From: Actinomycetota bacterium
Lineage (GTDB): Bacteria > Actinomycetota > Actinomycetes > Streptosporangiales > Streptosporangiaceae
Reading direction: 5' to 3'
Assembly (NCBI GenBank): GCA_027314515.1
Contig: DAHVAR010000238.1
Span: 6,882-70,881 of the forward strand
Length of the DNA: 64,000 bases
The notes under the pieces are model-generated. The model was not told where the DNA came from. It searched no databases and saw only the letters and a program-made list of their open reading frames with translations. Below are positions 1 through 9,055 of the stretch, in pieces (within the stretch, counting starts at the first letter, position 1; each line of letters begins with the position of its first letter). Made by a program: the position numbers and the translations under genes.

Positions 1-1
1 C

Positions 2-226
2 GATGCCGAAGCGCTGCCAGTGCTGCACTCGATCTTCGTCCAGGCTGTCGAGACCGGGCGGATCGACGTGCTGGGGAACGGCCGGTTCGCCCGCTCGCTA
101 TTCGAGCGTGCCTGCGCTTCCCGCGACGTACGGGTTTCGCTGCGGGGCGAGGCGGCCACCGCGACCGACCTGACCACGGTGCTTGCCGCCGACCTGCTCA
201 CTGCCTACCGCGAGCTGGCCGGCTGA
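2..226 (+). CDS. AAA+ ATPase (CbbX/SpoVK-like), C-terminal fragment; the 5' end lies outside the window
   Basis: The frame is open from the window edge to TGA 224-226. The tail ...VLGNGRFARSLFERACASRDVRV... resembles the C-terminal lid of CbbX/SpoVK/EccA-type AAA+ proteins. Assignment is by eye only. Confidence 0.5.
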   Translation, partial: DAEALPVLHSIFVQAVETGRIDVLGNGRFARSLFERACASRDVRVSLRGEAATATDLTTVLAADLLTAYRELAG

Positions 227-254
227 CCGGGCTTGCTGGCCCCCCGCCCCGGCG

Positions 255-340
255 CCGTGGCGAAAGCGGACGACCGGCGGCGAAAGCGGACGACCGCCGT
301 GGCAAAAGCGGACGACCGGCGCGGCGAAAGCGGACATCCG
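255..340. repeat. Intergenic tandem repeat, about 4 copies of a 20-22 bp unit (core GGCGAAAGCGGACGACCG)
   Basis: Direct reading gives cores at 259-276, 279-296, 301-318 (GGCAAAAGCGGACGACCG) and 323-340 (degenerate end). It lies between convergent genes ending at 226 and 343. Confidence 0.9.
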
Positions 341-342
341 GG

Positions 343-2103
343 CTAGCCTTCGACGAGGCGGAACCGGACCTGCTGGCCAGGCCGCAGTTGCGCCGCGGCG
401 TCCAGGTCAGCCGATACGACGACGCCGATAACCGGGTACCCGCCGGTAGTCGGGTGATCGGCCAGCAGCAAGATCGGCTGCCCGTCGTGGCTGACCTGCA
501 ACGAGCCGGCCACCATGCCCTCGCTGGGCAATTCCTCGCGGCGCGCCCGGTGCAGCCGGGGCCCGGCCAGCCGCAGCCCGCTGCGGTTGCTGGCGGCCGT
601 GACCTGATAGCTCTCCGTGGTCAGCACGGTCATCGCGGTGCCGGCGAACCAGTCGTCCCGCGGGCCGGGCAGCACGCGCAGCTCTTGGCGGGCACCAGCG
701 CCAGGCCGCCACGCCGCACCGGCCGGCCCGGCCGCGTGCGCCGGCTGCGGCTGCCCGTTTCCGGGCCGGGAACGGGCACGTCCCACCGGCAGCACCTGGC
801 CCGCTCGCAGCGGCGCCGGGCCAAGGCCGGAGTGAAGATCGGCGGACCTGCTGCCGAGCACGGGCGCGAGGTCGATGCCGCCGCTGATCGCGAGGTAGCT
901 GCGCAGCCCGGTGGCCGGCGGGTCAAGCCGCAGCGCCGTCCCGGCTGGCACGGCGAATGCGGTCGCGTGGGCCGGACCCGGCCCTGCTGGCCGCGAGCGG
1001 TCGCGTGCCAGGTCGCGGCGTGCTCCGGGGCCGGGCTGGCTGTCTGCTCCGGCCTGCGTGAGCCGCACCGGTGCCGGGGCACCGGTCACCGCGACGACAG
1101 CATCGAAATGGAAGTACAGCTCGAGCCGCCCGAGGGTGACTTCCAGGCAGGCGGCGTCCGCGTCGTTGCCTACCTGCTCGTTGGCGAGCCGCAGGCTGCC
1201 GATGTCGGCGGCACCGCTGCGTGGCACGCCGAGGTGCGCCAGGCCGCGCCGGCCGAGATCCTGGATGGTCGTCAGCGGCCCTGGCCGCACCACCTCGACG
1301 CAGCGACCTCGCGACATTTCATGGATCTCGTCCCATCGGCCGGTGCTTTGATCCCGATCAGGCCGGCCGAAATCCGTGAGGTGTGGCGCCGCAAGGTCCG
1401 GCGGCCGGCTGACCGCGCGGAAGCGCACCCGCTGGCCCGGCGCGAGCAAGGCCGGCGGATTACGGCCGGGATCCCACAAGATCGCGGCAGAGCGGCCGAT
1501 CAGGCGCCAGCCTCCGGGGCAGGCGGCTGGGTAGACGGCTGCAAGGCCGCCTGCGATGGCGACCGAGCCAGCGGGCACCAATAGGCGCGGAGTGTCCAGC
1601 CGCGGCACAGCGAGCCGTGGGTCGAGCCCGGTGAGATAGCCGAAACCGGGCGAGAAGCCCAGCCAGCCCACCCGGTACTCGGCCGCCTGGTGCCGGGCAA
1701 CGACTTCGCCCGTCGTCAGCCCGGTCAACTCCGCCAGTTCCGTGAGGTCCGGCCCGTCGTAGACGGTGTCGATCACCACGGGGCCTTCCGTCAGTCCGGC
1801 CGGAGTCGCACTGGCCTGGCCGGCTATCCGCACCAGCGCGCTGGCCAGCTCGTCGCGCGTCAGTTTGTCGCGGGCCCGCTCGGCACGAGCCCGGAGCTCA
1901 CCCGGCGCAAACGTGACCAGCACCGTCAACGCGCCAGGCACCACGTCGATTACTCCCGGCACGTCCGCGGCCCGGATGGCGGCCGCGATCGAGGCAGCCG
2001 CGTTCCCGCCCTGGTGGCTCGCCTGGACCGGCTGGCTGGCCTGGACCGGCTGGCTGGCCTGGAGCAGGAGCGCCGCATCCCCGGCGCTCTTGATGGTGAT
2101 CAC
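343..2103 (-). CDS. Fused 5-oxoprolinase subunits PxpB+PxpC (KipI/KipA type)
   Basis: 586-aa ORF whose GTG start overlaps the pxpA stop (GTGA at 2100-2103). The N-half (MITIKSAGDAALLL...VPGALTVLVTF) is PxpB/KipI-like. The C-half (VVRPGPLTTIQDLGRRGLAHLGVPRSGAADIGSLRLANEQVGN) is the PxpC/KipA carboxyltransferase signature. Confidence 0.85.
   Translation of the reverse strand: MITIKSAGDAALLLQASQPVQASQPVQASHQGGNAAASIAAAIRAADVPGVIDVVPGALTVLVTFAPGELRARAERARDKLTRDELASALVRIAGQASATPAGLTEGPVVIDTVYDGPDLTELAELTGLTTGEVVARHQAAEYRVGWLGFSPGFGYLTGLDPRLAVPRLDTPRLLVPAGSVAIAGGLAAVYPAACPGGWRLIGRSAAILWDPGRNPPALLAPGQRVRFRAVSRPPDLAAPHLTDFGRPDRDQSTGRWDEIHEMSRGRCVEVVRPGPLTTIQDLGRRGLAHLGVPRSGAADIGSLRLANEQVGNDADAACLEVTLGRLELYFHFDAVVAVTGAPAPVRLTQAGADSQPGPGARRDLARDRSRPAGPGPAHATAFAVPAGTALRLDPPATGLRSYLAISGGIDLAPVLGSRSADLHSGLGPAPLRAGQVLPVGRARSRPGNGQPQPAHAAGPAGAAWRPGAGARQELRVLPGPRDDWFAGTAMTVLTTESYQVTAASNRSGLRLAGPRLHRARREELPSEGMVAGSLQVSHDGQPILLLADHPTTGGYPVIGVVVSADLDAAAQLRPGQQVRFRLVEG
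2021..2063. repeat. In-frame 18-bp tandem duplication (2.4 copies) inside the PxpBC gene
   Basis: GCCTGGACCGGCTGGCTG occurs at 2021-2038 and 2039-2056, with a partial copy at 2057-2063. It encodes QASQPVQASQPVQAS near the N-terminus. Confidence 0.9.
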
Positions 2104-2942
2104 GTAAACGGTGCGAACGTCACGCCGGCCCGCTCCAGCGCGGCGCGGACGGCGCTGGCCAGGGCCACCGTGCCCGGCGTGTCCCCGTGCACGCAGATCG
2201 AGCGCGGGCTGATCTCCAGCGCAGCGCCGGAGACGGTCGGCACGGTGCCGTGCAGCACCATGCCGACCGCGCGGGCCGCGACGGTCTGCGGATCGGTGAG
2301 CACCGCGCCCGGCTCGCTGCGCGGCACCAGCGACCCGTCGTCGCGGTAGGCGCGGTCAGCGAAGGCCTCGGCCACCGCCGGCAGCATGAGTTCGGTCGCT
2401 GCCGTCTCCAGCGCGGAACCTGGCAGCGTGAGGATCGGCAGGCGCGGGCTGAACGCGCTGACCGCCGAGGCGATCGCGGCGGCCTGCTCGGGGTCGCGGG
2501 CGGCGCGCGAGTACAGGGCGCCGTGCGGCTTGACGTAGCCGACCCGGCCGCCCTCTGCCCTGGCGATTCCGTCAACCGCGGCTAGCTGGTAGAGCACCTC
2601 GGCGGCCAGCTCGTCCGGTGGCACCGTCATCTCCCGGCGGCCGAAGCCTGCCAGGTCGCGGTAGGACACCTGAGCGCCGATCGCGACGCCGTGCGCGACG
2701 GCGGTCGCGCACGCGCGGCGGATCGTGAGCGGGTCCCCGGCGTGGAACCCGCAGGCAAGGTTCGCGCTGGTCACCAGAGCCATCAGGGCATCGTCGTCGC
2801 CGAGCCGCCAGGCGCCGAAGCTCTCGGCCAGATCGGCGTTCAGGTCGACCACCGGCGGCGTCGTGCCCGCAGGGACAAGCCTCGCGGTCACTTCGCCCGC
2901 CAGGGTGGCGGATACGTCGGCGCCGTCCGAACCGGACGCCAT
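2100..2942 (-). CDS. pxpA: 5-oxoprolinase subunit PxpA (LamB/YcsF family)
   Basis: VDLNADLAESFGAWRLGDDDALMALVTSANLACGFHAGDP is the LamB/YcsF N-terminal signature. I start it at ATG 2942, because the ORF-track start at 3116 would overlap the upstream gene by about 170 nt. Confidence 0.85.
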   Translation of the reverse strand: MASGSDGADVSATLAGEVTARLVPAGTTPPVVDLNADLAESFGAWRLGDDDALMALVTSANLACGFHAGDPLTIRRACATAVAHGVAIGAQVSYRDLAGFGRREMTVPPDELAAEVLYQLAAVDGIARAEGGRVGYVKPHGALYSRAARDPEQAAAIASAVSAFSPRLPILTLPGSALETAATELMLPAVAEAFADRAYRDDGSLVPRSEPGAVLTDPQTVAARAVGMVLHGTVPTVSGAALEISPRSICVHGDTPGTVALASAVRAALERAGVTFAPFT

Positions 2943-2944
2943 CG

Positions 2945-4645
2945 CTAGCCGGGCTCCTCGGGTGGCAGGCTGGCTAGCGCCGTCGCGACGTCGGCTTCGC
3001 GCGGCCCGGCCGACCGGATCGTGTCCATCAGCAAGTGCAGCACCTCGTGCCTGTCCTCGCCGAGGTCGAGCAGGCGCTGGGCGGCTTCCCACAACTCGGG
3101 CGGATCGCCGCGCCACAGCCGGTCGGCCAGCGCGATGTGCTTGTCGAGGTGCTCAGCGCTGACCCTGGACGCGGCGTCGGCGTGCTGGCCGATCGCGTCA
3201 TCATGATCGGCCGCGAGCAGGGTTCGCCGGTCGGTGTGGATCGCCGGGCTGAGCGTGGACAGATTGACGCCACGGTAGCTGCCGCGCAGCAGCGGGAAGG
3301 CGAAAAGGCGGCGGGCCAGCGCCTCCAGGTCGCCGTCCGGCAGCAGGCGGGCGATCGTGTCCGCATCCAGGCCGAACGAGGCAGGGTCGCGGTATGCGGT
3401 CGGGAACGTGCGCATCGCGTCGAACACGGCATCCAGCGTGGCCGCTACGGCGCCGGAGTCCAGACCGGACTTCGGGCCGGCCCAGCGCGCCCAGGCCAGC
3501 AGCACATGGGGCATCGCCTCCTGGTCGGCACGTGACAGCACGACCTTGCGCGGGAGCCAGTCCAGCAGGAACGTTTCAGCCTTAGCCGGACTGACCCGCA
3601 GTGGCCGGCCGAAGTCGCGATCACAGCCGTACTCGACGATGTGGTCGGCGCATCTGCTGGCTGCCTGCCGGTCGGACAGGTCTTCTGCCTCGTCGGAGGC
3701 GAGGAACTCGGCTACCAGCATGGCCCGCCGGTCCTTGCGCCACACGGCGCGCCGGGCAGCGGCGGTGACGGCCGGCCCGGTATTCGCCGGCCCGGTATTC
3801 GCCGGCCCGGCGGAAGCGGAGCTGGGTGCTCCTGCCGGCAGGACCGGCGGCAGCGTCCGCACCCGTGCCCGGATGAAGGCGTGATAGGACGGGAACGAGG
3901 CGCTCACCGCAGGGTCTGTCGCGTTCTCGGTCGCGGCGAGCGCGCTGGCAAGGATCCGGCGGGCTAGCGGAGCGTCGACCTGGCTGAAGGCCTGGCCGGT
4001 CCCTTTGCCGTCCCGGCAGTAGTCAAGCAGCTTGCCGACCTGCGATGTCACCCAGCCATCGCGGGCGAGACCGCCGGCGTTGTAGTCCACGACGACCACC
4101 AGCGCGTGCTGCTCCTGTCCGGCATAGCTGAACACGCAGACAACCTCATCCCGGTCGCCGTAGGCGTCGGAGTTGACATAGCACTCCGCCGCCTCGACCG
4201 CGCCGACGTGCTCGGCCCAGGCAGGCCGGGCCACTCCCCGGTCCATCAGGATGAGCGCGGCCCGCTCGGCCTGGACAGCCTGGCGGGAGGTGCCCAGGCA
4301 GGCGATCCCGGACAGCAGCGCCAGCGCGGCCGGGCTGCCCTGCTCGGCCGCGTAGCCGACCAGGCCCTCGCCGACTAGCTCCTCGACTTCGGCCCGGCGG
4401 CGGGGGCTGCGCGCGCCGCGGCTGCCCTGCTGCCCCCACCAGGTCCCGAGCAATTCGCTGACCATCAGCTCGGCATCCAGCGGGCTGCGCACGGCCAGCA
4501 ACTCACGGGCGGCGCGCAGCATCTCGGCAAACAGGGCGTTCGGCGGCGGGCCGGAGAGTCCGGCACCGCGCGCCCGGCTGCCGCTGCCCGCGCCCTGCTG
4601 TCCCCTGTCGCCCGCTGGTTCTCGGCGTCGGCTCTGGGGGGTCAC
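2945..4645 (-). CDS. Conserved-looking hypothetical protein (566 aa), function unknown
   Basis: Long ORF with coding-like codon usage. Its stop at 2945-2947 lies 2 nt before the pxpA start. I recognise no catalytic motif. It contains a PANTGPANTGPA repeat. Confidence 0.6.
   Translation of the reverse strand: MTPQSRRREPAGDRGQQGAGSGSRARGAGLSGPPPNALFAEMLRAARELLAVRSPLDAELMVSELLGTWWGQQGSRGARSPRRRAEVEELVGEGLVGYAAEQGSPAALALLSGIACLGTSRQAVQAERAALILMDRGVARPAWAEHVGAVEAAECYVNSDAYGDRDEVVCVFSYAGQEQHALVVVVDYNAGGLARDGWVTSQVGKLLDYCRDGKGTGQAFSQVDAPLARRILASALAATENATDPAVSASFPSYHAFIRARVRTLPPVLPAGAPSSASAGPANTGPANTGPAVTAAARRAVWRKDRRAMLVAEFLASDEAEDLSDRQAASRCADHIVEYGCDRDFGRPLRVSPAKAETFLLDWLPRKVVLSRADQEAMPHVLLAWARWAGPKSGLDSGAVAATLDAVFDAMRTFPTAYRDPASFGLDADTIARLLPDGDLEALARRLFAFPLLRGSYRGVNLSTLSPAIHTDRRTLLAADHDDAIGQHADAASRVSAEHLDKHIALADRLWRGDPPELWEAAQRLLDLGEDRHEVLHLLMDTIRSAGPREADVATALASLPPEEPG
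3771..3810. repeat. In-frame 15-bp tandem repeat (2.7 copies) inside the hypothetical gene
   Basis: GCCGGCCCGGTATTC occurs at 3771-3785 and 3786-3800, followed by GCCGGCCCGG at 3801-3810. Confidence 0.9.
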
Positions 4646-5086
4646 CCTTCTAGCTTGTCAGATTTGGCGGGCATGCATACTGTGGCTCGCCATCTGGGTG
4701 CCCGATTCTTGGCCTCCGCGATATTTCGCCGGAATCGCGGGGCAAGAACTGGGATGCTTCCGTCCGTCTTTCGGGCGAACTGCCCGCTCGTCCGGTAGCG
4801 TCCTACCGACGCATGCCTGCCGCCACCTTGACCGCGCCCGGCACTGGCTCCTGTCCCGGCCAGCCTCCGGCCGCCCCGGTCGCGGCCGCTTAGCCGGCTG
4901 ATCGTCAGGCCCGGTCGACCTGACGGCAGGCCGGACAGGCGGCTCGCCCGGCCGGAAGCGCGGCGCAGGTCGGCGTGGCTATAGGGCATAACTAATAATT
5001 TAGTATTTGACGCTTAAGACGTAAATGTGGACTCGTGGAGCGCCCGGTGCGCCCGCTTCCCGGTGCGAGAAGGACGGCGGTTCCTG

Positions 5087-7042
5087 ATGCGAGAAGGACG
5101 TGCGGCTACGCGGCGAGCCCGGCTGCTAAGGCGCGCGCACGGCCGCCGCGGCGCGGTCGGCGCGTGCTGCGCCGTGGTCGGCCTTGTGACGATGCTGGCG
5201 GCCTGCGGACCCGCCGCCTCGGGTTCGGCGCCCGGCGCCGCGTCTTCGGCTAGCCGCGGCAACGCTGTCACCTATGCGATGGAGCCGGGCGGCCAGGCCA
5301 GCTACCCGTTCCCGTTCATGGGCGCGCAGCAGATCCCCGATGACAGTGTCTACAACGTCGATGACTTCCAGTACCTGCTGTACCGGCCGCTGTACTGGTT
5401 CGGCACCGGCGTCAGCCCTTACCTGAACCGGCAGCTGAGCCTTGCCCAGCTGCCGGTCTACCACGGCCACGAGGTCATCATCAGGCTCAGGCACAATTAC
5501 AAGTGGTCGAACGGCCAGCCGGTGGACGCGCGGAACGTCGTGTTCTGGCTGAACATGATGATTGCCGAGGGCCAGAACGATGCCTACTACAGCGCAACTG
5601 GCCTGCCCAGCGACATCACGAACGTCCGGGCAGTCGGCAAGTACGAAGTGACAATGGACATCACCAGCGCGCAGTTCTCGCAGTCCTGGTTCACCAGCAA
5701 CGAGCTGAGCGAGGTCACGCCGATGCCGACGGCCTGGGACGTGACGAGCCTGACCGGCGCCGCAGGCAGCGGCGGGTGCGCGACCGACAGCGCGGCGGAC
5801 GGATGGGCCAAGTGCAAGGCCGTGTTCAATTTCCTGACCGCGCAGTCGTCGAAGAACGCCTCAACGCTCGCGTCCTCGCCGTTGTGGAAAGTCGTCGACG
5901 GTCCGTGGCAGCTGCAGAGCATGAGCAGCCTGGGCAAGCTGGTCCTGACGTTCAACAAGCACTACAGCGGCCCGGTGGCGAAGGGTCACATCACGACGCT
6001 CACGGAGTTGCCCTTCACCTCCGAGCAGGCCGAGTACAACGTGCTGCAGGACCCCGCCGGTAACCAGGCCATCGACGTCGGCTACCTGCCGACGGTCGAC
6101 GCGCCGGCCCCGCCGGCCGGGGCGCTGGCGGGCACTAACCCGCCGTCGCTGTCGAACTACAACCTCACCACCCAGTACCTGTGGCAGCTCAGCTATATGC
6201 CCTACAACTTCAACAACACCACCGGCCAGGGTGCCATCTTCGACCAGTTGTACTTCCGGCAGGCGTTCCAGCACCTGGTGGACCAGGAGGGCGTGATCAA
6301 TGGTCCGCTGCACGGATACGGCAAGCCCACCGTCGGCCCCGTCACCTTCTACCCGCAGACCAAGTACCTGGCACCGCAGATTGCCGCCGCGGGCGATGAG
6401 TGGACACTGAACATCTCGGCGGCCGAGAACCTGCTGAGGCAGCACGGCTGGACGATACGGCCGAACGGCACCGACACCTGTGCCCGGCCCGGCACCAGCG
6501 CGACCGAGTGCGGTGCGAACATCCCGGCCGGAACGCAGCTGAAGCTCACCATGATCTATGCCGCGGGGACCGACTGGATGCAGTCCGCGGCGCGCGAGCT
6601 GGCCTCGAACGCGTCGCTGGCAGGCATGGCGCTCACGGTGACGGCTGAGCCATTCACCGACGTCCTCAACGCGGCCTTCGGGGTCAGCCCGACCTGCACG
6701 CCCCGGAGCTGCACCTGGCAGCTTGCTTTCTGGGGATCCTGGACCTACGCGCCCGACTACCTGCCGACTGGCGACGAGCTCTTCCAGGGCGGCGCAGTCA
6801 ACAACGCAGGGAACTACAACAACCCTAAGGACAACCAGCTGATCGCCGACACGCTGCAGGCCAGGACGCCGGCCGCATTCGACCGCGCCATGCGCGCCTG
6901 GGATGCCTACCTGACGCAGCAGCTACCGGTGGTGTACGAGCCCGATGCCGCGACGCTGATCGAGGCGATCAAGGGGCTGGACATCGGACCGCAGAACAGC
7001 GCGGGCACGCTGACCCCGGAATACTGGCACTACGTGAAGTGA
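5087..7042 (+). CDS. ABC transporter substrate-binding lipoprotein, peptide/nickel (family 5) type
   Basis: Signal peptide with lipobox LVTMLAAC; family-5-like segment YKWSNGQPVDARNVVFW; about 650 aa. The start is uncertain between ATG 5087 (preferred) and GTG 5027. Confidence 0.8.
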   Translation: MREGRAATRRARLLRRAHGRRGAVGACCAVVGLVTMLAACGPAASGSAPGAASSASRGNAVTYAMEPGGQASYPFPFMGAQQIPDDSVYNVDDFQYLLYRPLYWFGTGVSPYLNRQLSLAQLPVYHGHEVIIRLRHNYKWSNGQPVDARNVVFWLNMMIAEGQNDAYYSATGLPSDITNVRAVGKYEVTMDITSAQFSQSWFTSNELSEVTPMPTAWDVTSLTGAAGSGGCATDSAADGWAKCKAVFNFLTAQSSKNASTLASSPLWKVVDGPWQLQSMSSLGKLVLTFNKHYSGPVAKGHITTLTELPFTSEQAEYNVLQDPAGNQAIDVGYLPTVDAPAPPAGALAGTNPPSLSNYNLTTQYLWQLSYMPYNFNNTTGQGAIFDQLYFRQAFQHLVDQEGVINGPLHGYGKPTVGPVTFYPQTKYLAPQIAAAGDEWTLNISAAENLLRQHGWTIRPNGTDTCARPGTSATECGANIPAGTQLKLTMIYAAGTDWMQSAARELASNASLAGMALTVTAEPFTDVLNAAFGVSPTCTPRSCTWQLAFWGSWTYAPDYLPTGDELFQGGAVNNAGNYNNPKDNQLIADTLQARTPAAFDRAMRAWDAYLTQQLPVVYEPDAATLIEAIKGLDIGPQNSAGTLTPEYWHYVK

Positions 7043-7070
7043 ACGACAGCCGGCCCCGCAGGCCCGACTC

Positions 7071-7985
7071 GTGACCGCGTACCTGGCCCGCCGCGCCCTG
7101 CAGGCCGTGGCTGTAGTCCTGCTGGTGACGCTGATCGTGTTCGGGCTGATCCGGCTAGCCCCCGGCGGCGTGACCACGGCCGTGCTCGGCAGCGGATCTG
7201 CTCACCAGCAGTTCCTGGCTCAGTACCTGACCTGGCTCGGCCGGGTGCTGAGCGGCAACCTGGGCCGGTCCGCCAGGCTGAACGAGAGCGTGGGCGCGCT
7301 GCTGGCGGCCAGCCTGCCGCGGACGCTGGTGCTGACTGGCGTCTCGACGGTGATAGCGCTGCTGGTTGCGGTCCCCGTCGGGCTCCTCCAGGCGGTGCGC
7401 CGGAGTTCCGCAGTCGACCACGTGCTGCGCGGGCTGACCTACCTGTGCTACGGCATGCCGCCGTTCGTGCTCGGCTCGGTGCTGATCCTGTACCTCGCGG
7501 TTGACTGGCATTTCTTCGGCGCAGAGGGCCCGCAGGCGGCGGGCGTCGGCGGCGTCATCGCCGACCCGCGCGACCTTACCTTGCCGGTGCTGACGCTCGC
7601 CCTGGTCACGATCGCGACTTTTGCCAGGTACATGCGGTCATCCGCGCTGGACAGCCTTGGCCAGGAGTACGTGCAGGCGGCGCGAGCCCGCGGCGGCGGG
7701 GAACGCCGGGTGATCGTCAGTCACGTGCTCCGGAACTCGCTGGTACCGGTCGTCACGCTGATCGGCCTCAGCCTGCCGCAGATCGTCGGCGGTGCGCTGG
7801 TGGTGGAAATCCTGTTCAACTTCCAGGGCATGGGATGGCAGATCTGGCAGGCGGCGGTCAACCATGATGTCCCGGTGACGCTGGGTTTCACCCTTGTCAT
7901 CGGGGTCGCCGCGGCTGTCGGCTCGCTGCTGGCTGACATCGGCTACGCGATTCTCGACCCGCGGGTAAGGATCTCGCGGCCGTGA
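7071..7985 (+). CDS. ABC transporter permease (DppB/OppB-like)
   Basis: The N-terminus (MTAYLARRALQAVAVVLLVTLIVFGLIRLAPGG) and multiple TM segments are typical of DppB/OppB permeases. It follows the binding-protein gene. Confidence 0.85.
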   Translation: MTAYLARRALQAVAVVLLVTLIVFGLIRLAPGGVTTAVLGSGSAHQQFLAQYLTWLGRVLSGNLGRSARLNESVGALLAASLPRTLVLTGVSTVIALLVAVPVGLLQAVRRSSAVDHVLRGLTYLCYGMPPFVLGSVLILYLAVDWHFFGAEGPQAAGVGGVIADPRDLTLPVLTLALVTIATFARYMRSSALDSLGQEYVQAARARGGGERRVIVSHVLRNSLVPVVTLIGLSLPQIVGGALVVEILFNFQGMGWQIWQAAVNHDVPVTLGFTLVIGVAAAVGSLLADIGYAILDPRVRISRP

Positions 7986-9055
7986 CAGCGCACCAGGCCG
8001 CCGGCGACAAGCCCGGGCCAGTGCGACGGCTCACCGGGGCGGCTGGAGTGTCGCTCGCCGCTGCCGACCCTGCCGCGCCCGTCCGCGGGAGCCGCGGCAG
8101 GCATGCGGGCCCCGCAGCCAGCCCGCCGGGCGCGGCGGCGCAGCGGGCCGCGGTGGCCAGCCGGATGCGCCGCGGCCTTGCCGCCTGCCGGACCTATCCG
8201 CTGGCCACGACCGGGGGCACCATCGTCGTCGCGATGGCAGCGTTCTGCTTCCTCGGCCCGCTGGTCTACCACACTGACCAGATACACGTATTCCTGTCGC
8301 AGGCCAACCTCGCGCCGCGGTCAGGTCACCCGCTCGGCACCGATGGCGACGGCACCGACGAGCTTGGCCGGCTGATGACCGGCGGGCAGGTCTCCCTGGA
8401 GCTCGCCGCGGCCGCCGGCGTTCTCGCCGCCGTGCTCGGGTCGCTGTGGGGTGCGGTGGCTGGCTACCTTGGCGGTGCCGCCGATGCGGTAATGATGCGG
8501 ATAGTCGACGCCGGGATCGCCATCCCCGCAGTGATCCTGCTGCTGTTGCTGACCTCGATCTACCAGCCGTCGACCGCGATGCTGGTACTGGTGATCGCGG
8601 GGACCTCGTGGCTGAGCACGGCCCGCCTGGTCCGCGCCGAGGCGCTGACGCTGCGGATGCGCGAGTACGTCCAGGCGGCAGTCGTGATGGGAGGCGGCAG
8701 CATGCGCATCATCCTGCGGCACATCGCGCCGAACGCGATCGGGACTATTGTCGTGAACGTCACCTTCCAGATCGCCAACGCGATCCTGATCCTGGCCACG
8801 CTGAGCTGGCTGGGCATGGGCGTGCAGTTCCCGGGTGTCGACTGGGGCGACATGATCGCCTCGGCGACCCAGACCATCTCCGACGGGTACTGGTGGGAGA
8901 TCCTGGCGCCGGGTGCCGCGATCACCCTCGTCGTCGTGGCATTCGCGATGCTGGGCGACGGGCTGCGAGACGCATTCTCCGCGGTGGGCTACGACGCGGT
9001 GCCGGCCACCGCCGCTGAGGCTGACCGTCCGGTCCGAGGCCCGGGTGGGCGGTGA
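7982..9055 (+). CDS. ABC transporter permease (DppC/OppC-like)
   Basis: The segment [41 protein letters not shown] matches the DppC-type conserved loop. There is a GTGA overlap with the upstream permease. An internal start near 8165 is also possible. Confidence 0.8.
   Translation: MTAHQAAGDKPGPVRRLTGAAGVSLAAADPAAPVRGSRGRHAGPAASPPGAAAQRAAVASRMRRGLAACRTYPLATTGGTIVVAMAAFCFLGPLVYHTDQIHVFLSQANLAPRSGHPLGTDGDGTDELGRLMTGGQVSLELAAAAGVLAAVLGSLWGAVAGYLGGAADAVMMRIVDAGIAIPAVILLLLLTSIYQPSTAMLVLVIAGTSWLSTARLVRAEALTLRMREYVQAAVVMGGGSMRIILRHIAPNAIGTIVVNVTFQIANAILILATLSWLGMGVQFPGVDWGDMIASATQTISDGYWWEILAPGAAITLVVVAFAMLGDGLRDAFSAVGYDAVPATAAEADRPVRGPGGR

Noticed and set aside
4642-4989. A 115-aa ORF on the minus strand in the gap upstream of the ABC importer
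   Set aside because: The sequence is Arg/Gly-rich and low-complexity, with no RBS or motif. It overlaps the stop of the neighbouring gene. It is more likely non-coding leader or promoter DNA.
4646-5086. Cobalamin or nickel/cobalt riboswitch upstream of the peptide/nickel-type ABC importer
   Set aside because: I could not find the B12-box or the GCCACTG-type core. There are only vague resemblances (CGGCACTGG, GGAATCGCGGGG). A covariance-model search would be needed, so nothing is claimed.
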